From contig CM119264.1 in assembly GCA_051294375.1 (NCBI GenBank), forward strand, positions 7,908,579-7,972,578: 64,000 bases of DNA, given 5' to 3'. Shown piece by piece: positions 26,055 through 58,500 of the stretch. The notes below the pieces were generated by a model, which worked only from the letters and a program-made list of their open reading frames with translations, had not been told where the DNA came from and ran no database searches. Position 1 is the first letter of the stretch, and each line of letters opens with the position of its first letter. The position numbers and the translations under genes were made by a program. This DNA comes from Paraspadella gotoi (Eukaryota; Animalia; Chaetognatha).

Positions 26055-27651
26055 CCAACAGACGATCGACTGCATTTTGGATCGCGCCGAGTCTGATTCC
26101 CGCCGCTCTTTTAATTTTTATGATTTTAATTTTCATGATTTTAATGATTCATAACTAGTATTACTTGCTTTTTTTTTTTTAATCTAGTTTAATCCCGAAA
26201 TTTGCGGCTCGGTTGAGCTCCAACCGTTTTTTTTTTCCTCGATCAATCGGATTTTTGACATTTGGAGAAAGACGAAAGACGATTCGTAACCGGTCTTCCG
26301 CTATTAAATTCAATACGTTAATACATATTGATTGGTAAAATTTGTTGTTTTTCTTTCATTGAGAAAAATAATCGCTGGACTAAATGTAGTAAGTCAATTT
26401 TATCCATTTTGAAATTGAAGACGTATTGATGCGAGTGAATGGACACTTGGACTAGTTTGAGAGTAATAACTAAAACATACTTATTACTGATTGTTGTATA
26501 GTATTTAAAAAAAGAAAATCCTATATAAAAAGAAAAGAAATTAGGAGAAAAAAATCTCTAAGAAAAAAGTTTATCTTTGAAAACAAAAAAAACTTTCGCA
26601 AATACTAGAACGTCATGTTAAGATAAGCTTGAAGGCTTTTATAAAAGCCTTTAATACAAGCAAGATAAATAACGTAAAATGTTTTAATTTTGTAATTTTG
26701 TATTAACATATCATAAATATATAGATGAAAAAATAAAATTGCTTTGCATGAACAAAATTGTTATTCAAAATCTTATCACGTATAGTTAGTTTCAAAACGA
26801 GGCTAACTAGAAAAAAAAATATAAGGAGTTTGAAATAAATTTAGGGACTTTGTAAAAGTCCTTCTTACTAACTTAATCACTACAGGATATTTATAATTCC
26901 TAAGCAAAAAGCATCTCAAGTAAATCATTAGTTTTGAAAATATACAAACTAATATATTTATTATAGCACCTTTTAGTTTACCTTTTAGCACCTTTTAATT
27001 TACCTTATCTACATCGGTATATAAAATATTTTTTTAGAGTTCAAAAAACGAGAATGTTAAATTGTTCTGACAACGGCAAATTTTTTACAATAAAACAAGG
27101 ACATCTTTAGGCTTGTAGTTCGAGCCTTCATCAGCAACCATTTTGCCTTTACCGAAACAATTCAAAACTCTCGTTTGTTCAACTCTGAAAAAAGCAACGA
27201 AACTGAAAGGATACATTACAAGTATTTTTTACAGTCTTTTTTATTTAAAAATTGAGAATAAAGATGGTCGGACCGAATCAAACGAGTTGAAACTAGAAAA
27301 AAAAACTGGTTCCTCCGGAAAAGAGGCGTGAAAAAAACTTAAAGCTTGAGATAAAATCTTTTTCGATCTCCCAATTTTGATCAATTCCTCGCAAACTCGA
27401 TTAAGAGAGCATTGCATTTGCAACAACAAAGCGATTTACAAATTTTCACTATTTTTTACTATTATTTATTACCTATATATTTAAAGTTAATTATTTTTCG
27501 TTAGTAAGTAATTGTAAAGGAATTCCTTATGTCATAAGTCATAACCGAAAACAACGAAATAAAATTTAAATAAATTAATTAAATAAAAAAAGACACAAAA
27601 AAAAAAAACCAAACTTGGAACTTCCTCTGTCCGCCAGATCGAGCGACGAAG

Positions 27652-30082
<2,431 letters not shown>

Positions 30083-31531
30083 TTTATTTTCGGTAAAAGT
30101 TGAAGAAGATTAATGAATCCGGATCAATTAAATAAATTAAATGAATTGACGTATTTTTCTGGGGAGGGGGGGGTAAGAAGAGAATTCGCAGGGGGAAAAA
30201 AAAGAGAAAATTCGAGATTTAAAAAAACTGGTTTGGATTTTTTTTCCGTGGAAGATAAATGATTTTTTTCTAAACTCGATGGCGATGCAGACCGACCAGA
30301 ATCTTCGGACCGACCAGAATCTGCAGAGTCCAGTTGTCAACGATCTTTCTTTCGGTTGAATAGTGTTATCGGATAGACTTGAAGTTTAGAAAATAGCAAT
30401 AAGCGACACAAATAATAATTTTTACAATAGCTTGTAAATATTGCTTATGAAAATGCTAAAATTTTGTTAAACATACAAGCGCACTTTGATTTAAAAATCA
30501 TTTTTTGTTTATTATTCTGATTCGTAAAGCCACTACGATGTGATACTTAAAATGTGATACTTAAAATGTGATTATTTTTGGTAACTTACTTGTGAATAAG
30601 TGTTTTTTATGTCCTGTTATTATTTAAAATAAAATTAAGAAACTGAAGAATTCGAGTGTTGGTCTTTCTTTTTCGTATTACATCGATTTCCGCTGTAAGA
30701 AATTGTCGCCGAAGAATTAATCCTTAATTTATAATTGATTTCCGCAATTCGAACGACTTTTATTTATAATAAGCGGCATAAGACGACGTCGTCAGAATAG
30801 GAGGCAGAACGACGATTTCGCAAATCCGATTAACGAGGAAGACATTTTTTACAGTCGCCATCTTTATCGCCGCCATCTTTATCGTCACCATTTTCGTCGT
30901 CGCCGTTCGATTGGAAGAAAAGCGATTGTTGCTGACTCCGTTGCCGAATTTAAAGAATCACTGACGGGAGTTCTAAGCAGTTTATAATTTTTTTATTATT
31001 TCTTATAATCCTGGATTAAGCAGTAACAAAGAATGATTCGCTTAAATCGATTTTATGGCGAGGGGGAAAATAGGTTGTTGTTGTCGTCATTTTGTTTGTT
31101 ATAATAATCTTATTAATTTTGTTTGGATTAGATTTTTGGATCTTTCATTTGGAACTTTCATCTTTCATTTTTATAAATTCTGCGAAGAGGAAACTAAAAA
31201 AGATGATTTGTTTATCATATCACATAAACTAAATGATGAGCTGTCCCAAAGGGTATTGCTTAAGAGCCTTTTGAAGTTTTGTAAAACCCTTTTCAATAAA
31301 ATTGGTCTACTTTAACTTGAAGCTTGTTTACAGCAGATGTCAGACAAGTAAATCAATTGGTTTTAAAATTTACATGTATTGTTTGGAGGTTTAACTTTAT
31401 TTCTTGTTTTGATAAAAAAAAATACAAGCAGTTGCGAAAGAGACAAGCTTAACTCAGCGAGAAAAATAAACAAAGTTAACCCTTCTTTTTATGCCTTTCA
31501 AACCGTGTCTCTCTTTCCGATTTTATCGATC

Positions 31532-31623
<92 letters not shown>

Positions 31624-32939
31624 GACTTGTTTGAGAGTCCTTTTTTTCGTTCCCATGGCCACCATTGAACCCGTTTGAGTGTGACACCTTTTTTTATTGG
31701 AGTAATTACAGATAATGTGAATGTGGTTTTGGGAGGCGGGATCGAGGCAAGGAGCCTCGTAAATCCGCGAGGAGAAAAAAAAGGAAAGATAAAAAGAAAG
31801 GGAAAAAAAGATGAAAAGAAAGAATGAAAAATGAGGACGAAAAGGATTTAAACAATGAAGATGAAAAGAAGCGGAAAAACTATGATATAAAAAGAATATG
31901 TGTCTACCCCTGAGCATTGACCCTTTGTGAACAAATATGTTGACAAATGTTTTATTTGTCAATGAATAAATATTCAAATGAATAAAAGTTTTATCATAAT
32001 TTATAAAAAGAGGAAAAAAGTTATTTTAATGTTTTTATTTTTAGTATAACTTTGATTTTTTACTAATCGTTAAAAACTGTTTCAAACGAAAACCAAAGTA
32101 AAACGAAAGTTTTTGGAGATAAATTCGGGATTCGTCTTCTTATCGGCAAATGTTTGCTCATGGCGCAGTTGAAGCCGGAATCGCCGCCGCCGCCGCCGCA
32201 GACGCCGATTCCACCAACCGGCGTCGTTTATGAGCCTCATAAGCATTTTTTCGGCGCCAAAGATAAGAAGAATCGCGAGACGGTACTTCCGACTCTTCGC
32301 CATTTCTTGCCATTTCGGTTTCGCCGTTTGAGCAGTTTATGCCATTTTATTCATGTCCATTTGTTAAATTTTACTTTTAGACTTGGGATTTGAATCATTT
32401 GGTGTATTTCGTGGTTTTTTTTTTTTTTGGCGTTTCTACTTATAGATTTTTTTTCACTTGGTCTTTATATTTACCATTTTCACTATGCCCATCATTTTTC
32501 CCATTTATACCATCTCCCCCATTTCCACCTCCGATGCCATTTCCCTTCCCCCAAACCGCCATTTTCTTAAACGTATGCGTCGTGGAGATAAAAGGCGACG
32601 CCGCCACTAAATTCTTTCTTTTTTTTTTTCCTTTTTTATTTCCTGTTTGTCAAGTTTGGATATAACCTTTATTTTTATTACTTGTGATAGAGTTGTGGAT
32701 GGTGTAACGTCATTATTTTTTTCCGAGATTGTTTCCTTTTTTCTTTTCTACTTTTTTTTAGTTTCTTTCCTCTGTTTTTGTTTTTTTATTTTTTTTTATT
32801 CTCTAATTCTTTTTTTCTTCTGTCCATCTTTTAGGCAGCGGTTCGACTACAATTACATTTTTTTACTGCTCCGTTTGTGTCTTTTTTCTTTCTTTCTTTC
32901 TTTATTTCTTTATTTCTTTCTTTCTTTCTAGCTATCTAG

Positions 32940-32974
<35 letters not shown>

Positions 32975-32978
32975 TATT

Positions 32979-33058
<80 letters not shown>

Positions 33059-33696
33059 TTACTTTCTGTCTTTCTCCCCATTCGCTTGCTCTCTCACGTC
33101 TTCTCTCTTATCTCTCTCAAGTTTTATTGCTGACTCCTTAGGTTAAGGAAAACAATCACGACAACGACGCAAAACAACAAAAACAAAGGAACCCACGAAA
33201 ACAGAGCACAAGAGAGAATAAAAGCAAACAGACAATTTAATTTCAATGAATTAAATGAGATAAATATGCGCGCAAATCTGAATGATGTCCCAAGCAAAAA
33301 AAAAATTCGCTTCAGGTTTCGATTAAATGATAGAGAAGCAAAGAAAGAAACTATAAAAAGAAGTGAGTGTGAGTGTGAGTGTGAGTGTGAGTGTGTGAGA
33401 CGGTGACTTTTCCCGAAAAAAAGTCTCACGGGCGACGGAGACGGTTTTTTGTTTCTCTGTGGAATCATTTCCGTCTGTCACTTCACGACGACGACGACGA
33501 CGACGACGACGACAAACACGACGACTCGCTGTCCCCTTCCCCTCGGCCGTCCCTCGTCGATCGTGACACGGCCGCCGATCCGCCGGCCGGCCGGCGACGA
33601 CGACGACGACGACGACGCCGGCCGGAGGAAGAGGTCTTCCCGCGTTGTCGCCGGCCGAGCGGAAGGGAGGAAAGGGACGACGACGACAACGACGAC

Positions 33697-33727
<31 letters not shown>

Positions 33728-33789
33728 TTATTGGGTTTGTGGTGAAAAAGACGAATTCCAGAAGGAAGAGAATCGAGTCACGAGTGATT

Positions 33790-33950
33790 CGTGTCACCGA
33801 TCTCAGTTGCGTGTCACAGGCTGCTGTCGCGTGTCACTAACTGCAGTGGCGTGTCACACTTACGTGTCACTGAATAAAGCGGCGTGTCATTATGTGCAGT
33901 TGCCTGTCACTGGCTCTCGTTTTAAGTCACAAAAATCTCTTCCTAGTCAT
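33790..33950. repeat. 20-bp-period degenerate tandem array with a GTGTCAC core
   Basis: Cores at 33791, 33811, 33831, 33851, 33864, 33884 and 33904, with decayed copies at 33924 and 33944. Confidence 0.8.
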
Positions 33951-34397
33951 CGAATTAAGTATTAGTCGTTTCAATGTCGAAACTAACAATGATGTCGTTG
34001 CTTGTCATTTCTTGTCGTTGCTTGTTATTTGATACCATTGCTTGTCAATCTTCTGTGAGGATGAAAAGAACTTCGTGAGTATAGAGACATCACGAAGTAA
34101 ATAAATCCGTCATAAACTCATTGCCGTCCAAGCGCTTCTCTCAACAAACTAATCCTTGAATAATCTTGAGTAAATATAAATATTTCAAACTATCGCAAAA
34201 CGCAGTTTAAGAACGGTTTTCGTTCTCCACTTGAATGTTCATTAATAACTTTATTGCGAAACGTTAATAATAAACATATTTGTCGGATAATTATCGTCTA
34301 TTGAGACTGTTTTTCGTTTCGTCAGAACTATCGTCGTCGTCGTTTCGTCGTCGCGGTCATCGTCGTCGTCGTTGTCTTCGTAGTTTCAACGTTTCGA

Positions 34398-34428
<31 letters not shown>

Positions 34429-34989
34429 ACCATTCGTTCTCAGAATCGTCGACCCCATGGACGTCGTTAGTATCGGAGTTGCTATCGTCATCGTCGTCGT
34501 TTCAACGTTTTGATCGTCGTCGTCGTCGTCGTCGTCGCACGCGCGTCAAAAGTCGCGTGAGGCGTTTGACGCGACCGGGCGATTTGGGACGCGTTTCGCC
34601 CGCGATTCCGACGCGCGATTCCATTGGTGACTCGTGATTCCATTCGATATTCGTCTCTCGATTCCATCTCTCTTCTTGAACTCAAAGTTCCATTAAAAAA
34701 AAATCGCATCCGATCATTTAATTCGAAAAAAAAAAAGAACACAAACGGAAGACGAAAATTTGAACTAAGTAAATAATTCTTAAATTTTTAAAATTATTAA
34801 ACGAAACAATTTTCTGCGCGTCCTTTTTTTTTCTCCTCGGAAAAAGAAACGATTCGAAAACAGAGGAGAACAAAACAGAAGCGAAAACAAAACAAAGGCG
34901 ACGTTTTCTCTCGCTTCTTAAGGCCAACAATGTGGCTTCGTTACGCCTCCAAATTCTGACCTTCGATAACTTGGGCCTTCGTTGGTCAT

Positions 34990-35060
34990 CCGCGCGCCGC
35001 CAATCACGGCGCCAATCAAAGGACCAATCAGTGCCGACGCGGGCGCAATCAGCGCCGTCT
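34990..35060 (+). promoter_or_regulatory. CCAAT-box cluster upstream of LMO exon 1
   Basis: CCAATC at about 35000, 35012 and 35024 in CpG-rich sequence roughly 350 bp before the ATG. Confidence 0.5.
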
Positions 35061-35266
35061 CCGGGCCAAGAGATCATCCCTCATCAGCGCGACGTCAATC
35101 AAGAGCCGACTCCCGCCGCCGCCAAAGTCAGGAGCCGGTGACCGCATCAAAAAAAATCGAGTTTGACCCCGAATCGTCGTCATAACAAAACTCGAAAAAT
35201 TGTCAAAAAAATTGACGAACTGAACTTTAGAAAAAATTAAACGAGAAAATAATCAACGCCATTTTC

Positions 35267-35360
<94 letters not shown>

Positions 35361-35366
35361 GGCGAC

Positions 35367-52303
<16,937 letters not shown>

Positions 52304-54654
52304 GCGTTGTCGGTCGTAAACTCCACCGCTCTTTTCTCTGACGACGACGACGACTATATCCATTATCCAACTCTTTTCCGTGTCACCCCAACTTTCCGCT
52401 TTTTTTTTTGCCCCGAGGAGTTGGCCCAAACGCAAGGGGACGCTGCAGTCGCCAGTTGATCCAAAGATGAGGACGGAATTCGCCGGTTATTTTTCAAAAT
52501 TAATTCAAGGCTACAATGGCCGCACGAAAATCCTGGACAACTTAAAAACAAAAGAACAAAATACTGTAAAAAAAAAAAGTTCTGCGTTTGAATTTCAAAA
52601 GTATTTCTGGGCTCTTTACTCGAAGCTTCGTTTGCTCTAGTGTAGATTTTGATTGGAGAATCTGCGCTCGCCCCTCTAAACTTTCTATCCAATCAAACCA
52701 CCTCTTTGATCTAGTCTTTCTGAAAAACAAAATAATACAAAAATAACTCTCTCGTTTTATTTATATTGTTTTCTATTTCTTTTTTCTTTATTTGCTAATT
52801 TTATTTATCTCTGTCTCCGAGTTTGCAATTTACTGACTGTTGTTGTTTTGTTATTGTTTTGTTCCGTTGTTTTTGTGTCCTTTCCCGAGCCACCTATCGT
52901 AATTTCGTGCTACCGTCTCTTTCATGTTTAGCGTTTTTTTAAATTTGTTCCGTATTTTCTTGTGAATTCGAAAAATATTGACATAGGCGTCAGTGTAAAA
53001 AAAATATTTGGTGAGTCTAAGCGCGAAGTTGTTTAACGTTCCGATTGTGATATTCGTTTACTCGTTCCTCTAACATATGATCCCGTTTGTAAATATATTC
53101 CGAAAATAAAGTGACTTCGAAATTCATCTTCAGCTTCAATCAATACGTATGTTATGTTATGTTAATCGTTGTAATTTCAAGATAGATTAAATTTTTACTT
53201 GATACTGAATTCTTCAAAACGAAACGGAGAGAAAAACAATGTCTATAAAAACCAAACAAAAAAAAACAAACAAGAAAAGCAAAAACTGTAAAAACCGACG
53301 TCGACTTCATCGTATTTCTTGAATCTTTGCTCTTTTCTTTTCTCTTTTCTCTTCTCTTATCTCTCTTTTTTGGTTTTCAAATTTTTCTTCTCTCCATCCG
53401 CATCCTCTTCCTCTTCCTCCTCCTCCTCCTCCTCCTCCTCCTTTTTCCTCGAGAGACCTCACCCCCCCCTTTTTACGTCACACTTTGACACAGGCGCAAA
53501 TGTTTATTCAAGATCCGGGACAAAGAAAGAGAGATATGAGAGAATGACATCGTTAGCGCGGATTAGAAGGAGAGGGGGAAAAAAAAGGGCGAGAGAGGCG
53601 TCTCTAGATTTCAACTCGGATATGCAAATGAGATTTTTGTGCCGTCACGAGATCGGAAGCCAGAAGGGCGAGAGAAGGGATACAGAGAAAGGGACTGAAA
53701 GAGATCCGCGGTAAGAAAGGAACGTGTCATTGTCAACCCGTTTCGTTGATTTTTTTTTCCTCTTTTTTTTTTTAGAATTTTTGACTTGTCACTGTCACCA
53801 TCAAGAATTTATCTTTTTTGTTTTATTCCCCTTTTTTTCCCTTTAATTTTCATCTTTAATTACTCGATAATCAACGATAACCACAACCAGAATTCCGAGG
53901 TTTCCTACGCAACTTTCCGTCGATCGAATCTCGACTTTTCGATCCTCATTTTCCTCAAAAAGAAAAAAAAACCGACGACAAAATTTGAAAACCAAAAAAA
54001 TTACCAACTTATTTTTTAAACCTCGCTTCTCTTGTCTTTAACTCCCTCGTCATTTCCTCTTCCTCTTCTTCTTCCTCCTCTTCCTCCTCCTCCTCAACCT
54101 CCGTGCCTCGGAATCGATTAATCAAACTTGTAGGAGGCGTTTCTTTCCGCGTCGGAAGTCGGCGGCGCGGCGCAGAGGGCGCGCGAATACGCGCAGCGCG
54201 GTGACGACGATGCGCGGAAAGGCAGGCGAATACGCGTAGCGCCGGGGTGGACATAAAGTGATCGGTTGAGAACCGTGAATATTTTTTATCAACATAATAT
54301 AGTTTTTAATAAAAAAAAATAGACAAACTAATATCGTTACGTCCCTCTATTGTAACCTAGAACATTTTAGCAGAGATTTTTACAACATAGTTTGCTTCAA
54401 AACGTAAATAATATTATTAATATGATAGTTTTCATTCCCGCCTGTAATTCTCTCTCTCCGCCCACAGTAGTCTTTTTTCTCTTACGACCTTTTTTTGCCC
54501 CGCCGGTCGCCGACCTCATCATGCATCACCCCTATCGCTCACTACCCCCTCACCCGCCACCCGCCACCCCCACAACCTCGGTAACCCTCGCCGTTTTCAC
54601 CGCAGGAGAGACGAACTACTTTGTCTCATAAATCACGTTTATCTCCCGTTGCGG

Positions 54655-54830
54655 TGAAGGACGAAAGACGAAAGACGAAAGACGAAAGACGAAAGACGAA
54701 AGACGAAAGACGAAAGACGATAGAGGAAAGACGAAGATGAAAGAAGAAAGACGAAAGATTATACTGATAGAGGAAAGACGAATGAAAAAAGGCGATAGAG
54801 AAAAGACGAAGTAGAAAGACGAAGGACATA
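54655..54830. repeat. (GACGAAA)n heptamer minisatellite, mirrored with a longer copy at about 56270-56535
   Basis: Directly visible. Confidence 0.9.
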
Positions 54831-54970
54831 AATGTCTGTATTTATAATTTAAATTAAATTTAAATTTTTTTTAAATTTTTTGATTTAATTTTAATTTAAT
54901 TAAATTAAAGTTTTTCTAAGTGGTTACTTTCCACGGTTTTCGAAACAGGAACGGATTTTAAACGAGTATT

Positions 54971-55236
54971 TATGGCAACAGCCGGGTTGCCTGTGATGCC
55001 CATTGGATGGGGCATCTCACTGTTTGGCTTTGGGGGGCTTTCCGACCCTCAGTGACGGCATCCAGTCACTGCGCGCGTTACCCTAGACGGTCTCGCTTTG
55101 CCATCGCAGAGGGAAGTCGTTTAGGATGTGGATGAACACTACGGGCCTGGGATTGGTGTGTTCCCCCTCTTGAGGCCAATGGATTAGGCTGAAGGATGGA
55201 CGGACGTGAGGCGTGTTAAAAATATACCGCCACTAG
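54971..55236. repeat. Second copy of the dispersed structured repeat (mirrored at about 55840-56104); possible non-autonomous Helitron-like end
   Basis: Homologous to 814-1037 in the opposite orientation; ends GGCG...CGCC-A-CTAG|T. Confidence 0.75.
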
Positions 55237-55468
55237 TATCATTATAGTTATATTCATCTAATTAAGTTATTATTATAACTTTTGTATTATGTAATTCACT
55301 ACAAAATTAAATATAAAACAACGATAATATTATCATTTTTTTGAAGACCTAACGAGGTTTTACCCAACGATTTTAAATTAAAAGAGAATTTGTACCCATG
55401 AACGCGATTTACTTTTCCTGGTTGAAGTTTGTGGACTTCGCGGTTAACAGAGCGAGACCATGAAAAGA

Positions 55469-55493
55469 NNNNNNNNNNNNNNNNNNNNNNNNN
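55469..55493. other. Assembly gap (25 N) at the centre of inverted duplication 2
   Basis: N run. Confidence 1.
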
Positions 55494-55526
55494 CTCCCTC
55501 TCTCATCTCTCTCTCGGTCCTCTCGT

Positions 55527-55557
<31 letters not shown>

Positions 55558-58500
55558 ACTCTCTCTCTGCTCTCGTCTCCTCTCTTTTCATGGTCTCGCT
55601 CTGTTAACCGCGAAGTCCACAAACTTCAACCAGAAAAGTAAATCGCGTTCATGGGGTACAAATTCATCTTTTAATTTAAAAATCGTTGGGTAAAACCTTC
55701 GTTAGGGGTTCCCCCCCTTTTTTTCCCAAAAAAAATGATAAAATATATCGTTGTTTTATATTTAATTTTGTAAGTGGGAATTACATAATACATAAATAAT
55801 AATAATAAACTTAATTAGATGAATATAACTATAATGATACTAGTGGCGGTATATTTTTAACACGCCTCACGTCCGTCCATCCTTCAGCCTAATCCATTGG
55901 CCTCAAGAGGGGGAACACACCAATCCCAGGCCCGTAGTGTTCATCCACATCCTAAACGACTTCCCTCTGCGATGGCAAAGCGAGACCGTCTAGGGTAACG
56001 CGCGCAGTGACTGGATGCCGTCACTGAGGGTCGGAAAGCCCCCCAAAGCCAAACAGTGAGATGCCCCATCCAATGGGCATCACAGGCAACCCGGCTGTTG
56101 CCATAAATACTCGTTTAAAATCCGTTCCTGTTTCGAAAACCGTGGAAAGTAACCACTTAGAAAAACTTTAATTTAATTAAATTAAAATTAAATCAAAAAA
56201 TTTAAAAAAAATTTAAATTTAATTAAATTATAAATACAGACATTTATGCTTTGCTACTTCGTCTTTTCTCTATGCCGCCTTTTTTCATTCGTCTTTTCTT
56301 CTTTCATCTTCGTCTTTCCTCTATCACCTTCGTCTTTAGTCTTTCCTCTATCACTTTTCGTCTTTCGTCTTTCGTCTTTCATCTTCGTCTTTCCTCTATC
56401 ACCTTTCGTCTTTCGTCTTTCGTCTTTCGTCTTTCCTCTATCACACTTTTCGTCTTCGTCTTTCATCTTCGTCTTTCCTCTTATCACCTTCGTCTTTCGT
56501 CTTTCGTCTTTCGTCTTCGTCGTCTTTCGTCCTTCAGCCGCAAACGGGAGATAAACGTGATTTATGAAAGAAAAGTAGTTCGTCTCTCCTGCGGTGAAAA
56601 ACGGCGAGGGTGACCGAAGATTGTGGGGGTGGCGGGGTGGCGGGTGGCGGGTGAGGGGGTAGTGAGCGATAAGGGAATGATGCCATGATGAGGTCGGTGA
56701 CCGGCGGGGCAAAAAAAGGTCGTAAGAGAAAAAAGACTACTGTGGCGGAGAGAGAAAAATTACAGGCGGGAATGAAAATCTATCAATATTAATAATATTA
56801 TTTACGTTTTGAAGCAAACCTATGTTGTTAAAAATCTTCTGCTAAAATGTTCTCGGTTACAATAGAGGGACGTAACGATATTAGTTTGTCCTATTTTTTT
56901 TTTATTAAAACTATATTATGTTGAATAAAAAATATTTCACGGTTGGCTCAACGCGATCACTTTATGTCGCACCCCCGGCGGCTCGCGTATTCGCCTTGCC
57001 TTTCGCGCATCGTCAGTCACCGCCTGCGCTGGCGCGTATTCCGCGCGCCCCTCTGCGCCCGCGCCGACGACTTGCCGAACCGGAAAGAAAACGCCTCCTA
57101 CAAGTTTGATTAAATCGAATTCCGCGAAGTCAGGCGGAGGTTGAGGAGGAGGAGGAAGAGGAGGAAGAAGAAAGAGGAAGAGGAAATGAACGAGGGAGTT
57201 AAAGACAAGGAAGGCGAAAGGTTTAAAAAATAAGTTGGTAATTTTTTTTGGTTTTCAAATTTCGTCGTCGGTTTTTTTTTTTCTTTTGTGAGGAAATGAG
57301 GATCGAAAAGGTCGAGATTCGATCGTAAACGGAAAGTTGAGTAGGAAACCTCGGAATTCTGGTGTGGTTATCGTTGATTATCGAGTAATTAAAGATGAAA
57401 ATTAAAGGGAAAAAAAAGGGGAATAAAACAAAATAAGAATAAATCCTTGATGGTGACAGTGACAGTAAAATTTCTAAAAAAAAGAGGAAAAAAAAATCAA
57501 CGAAACGGGTTGGAACAAAATGAACACGTTCCTTTCTTGACCCGGCGGATCTCTTTCAGTCCCTTTTCTCTGTATCCCTTCGCTCTCGGCCCTCTGGCTT
57601 CCGAATCGCTCGTGACGGCACAAAAATCTCATTTGCTATCCGAGTTGAAATCTAGAGCACGCCTGCTCTCGCCCTTTTTTTTTTTTCACCCCTCTCCTTC
57701 TAAATCCGCGCTACGATGTCATTCTCTCATATCTCTCTTTCTTTGTCCGGATCTTGAATAAAACATTTGGCGGCCCTGTGTCAAAGTGTGAACGTAAAAA
57801 AAGGGGGGGGTGAGGTCCTCTCGAGGAAAAAAAGGAGGAGGAGGAGGAGGAGGAGGAGGAAGAGGAATGCGGATGCGAGAGAAGAAAAATTGAAAAAACC
57901 AAAAAAGAGAGATAAGAAGAAGAGAAAAGAGAAAAGAAAAAGAGCAAAGAATTCAAGAAATACGAATGAAAGTCGACGTCGGTTATTTACAGTTTTTGCT
58001 TTTTCTTGTTTGTTTTTTTTATTGTTGTTTGGTTTTTATTAGACATTGTTTTCTCTCCGTTTCGTTTTGAAAATTCAGTATCAAAGTAAAGTTTAAATCT
58101 AGGTCTTGAAATTACAAACGATTAACATAAACTAAACATACGTATTGATTGAAGCTGAAGATGAATTTCGAAGTCACTTTATTTCCGGTTTAATATATTT
58201 ACAAAACGGGATCAATATGTTAGAGGACGAGTAAAACGAATATCACAATCGGAACGTTAAAACCAACTTCGCGCTTAGAGCCTCACACAAATATTTTTTT
58301 ACACTGACGCCTATGTCAATTATTTTCGAAATTTCACAAGAAAAATACGGAACAAATTTAAAAAAACGCTAAACATAGAAAGAGACGGTAGCAAAGAAAT
58401 TACGATAGGTGGCTTCGGGAAAGGACAAAACAACGGAACAAAACAATAACAAAACAACAAACAATTCATAAATTGCAAACTCGGAGACAGAGATAATAAA

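Noticed and set aside
33790-33950. CRISPR-like repeat-spacer appearance
   Set aside because: The core is only 7-9 bp with a 20-bp period, the context is eukaryotic, and there are no cas genes.
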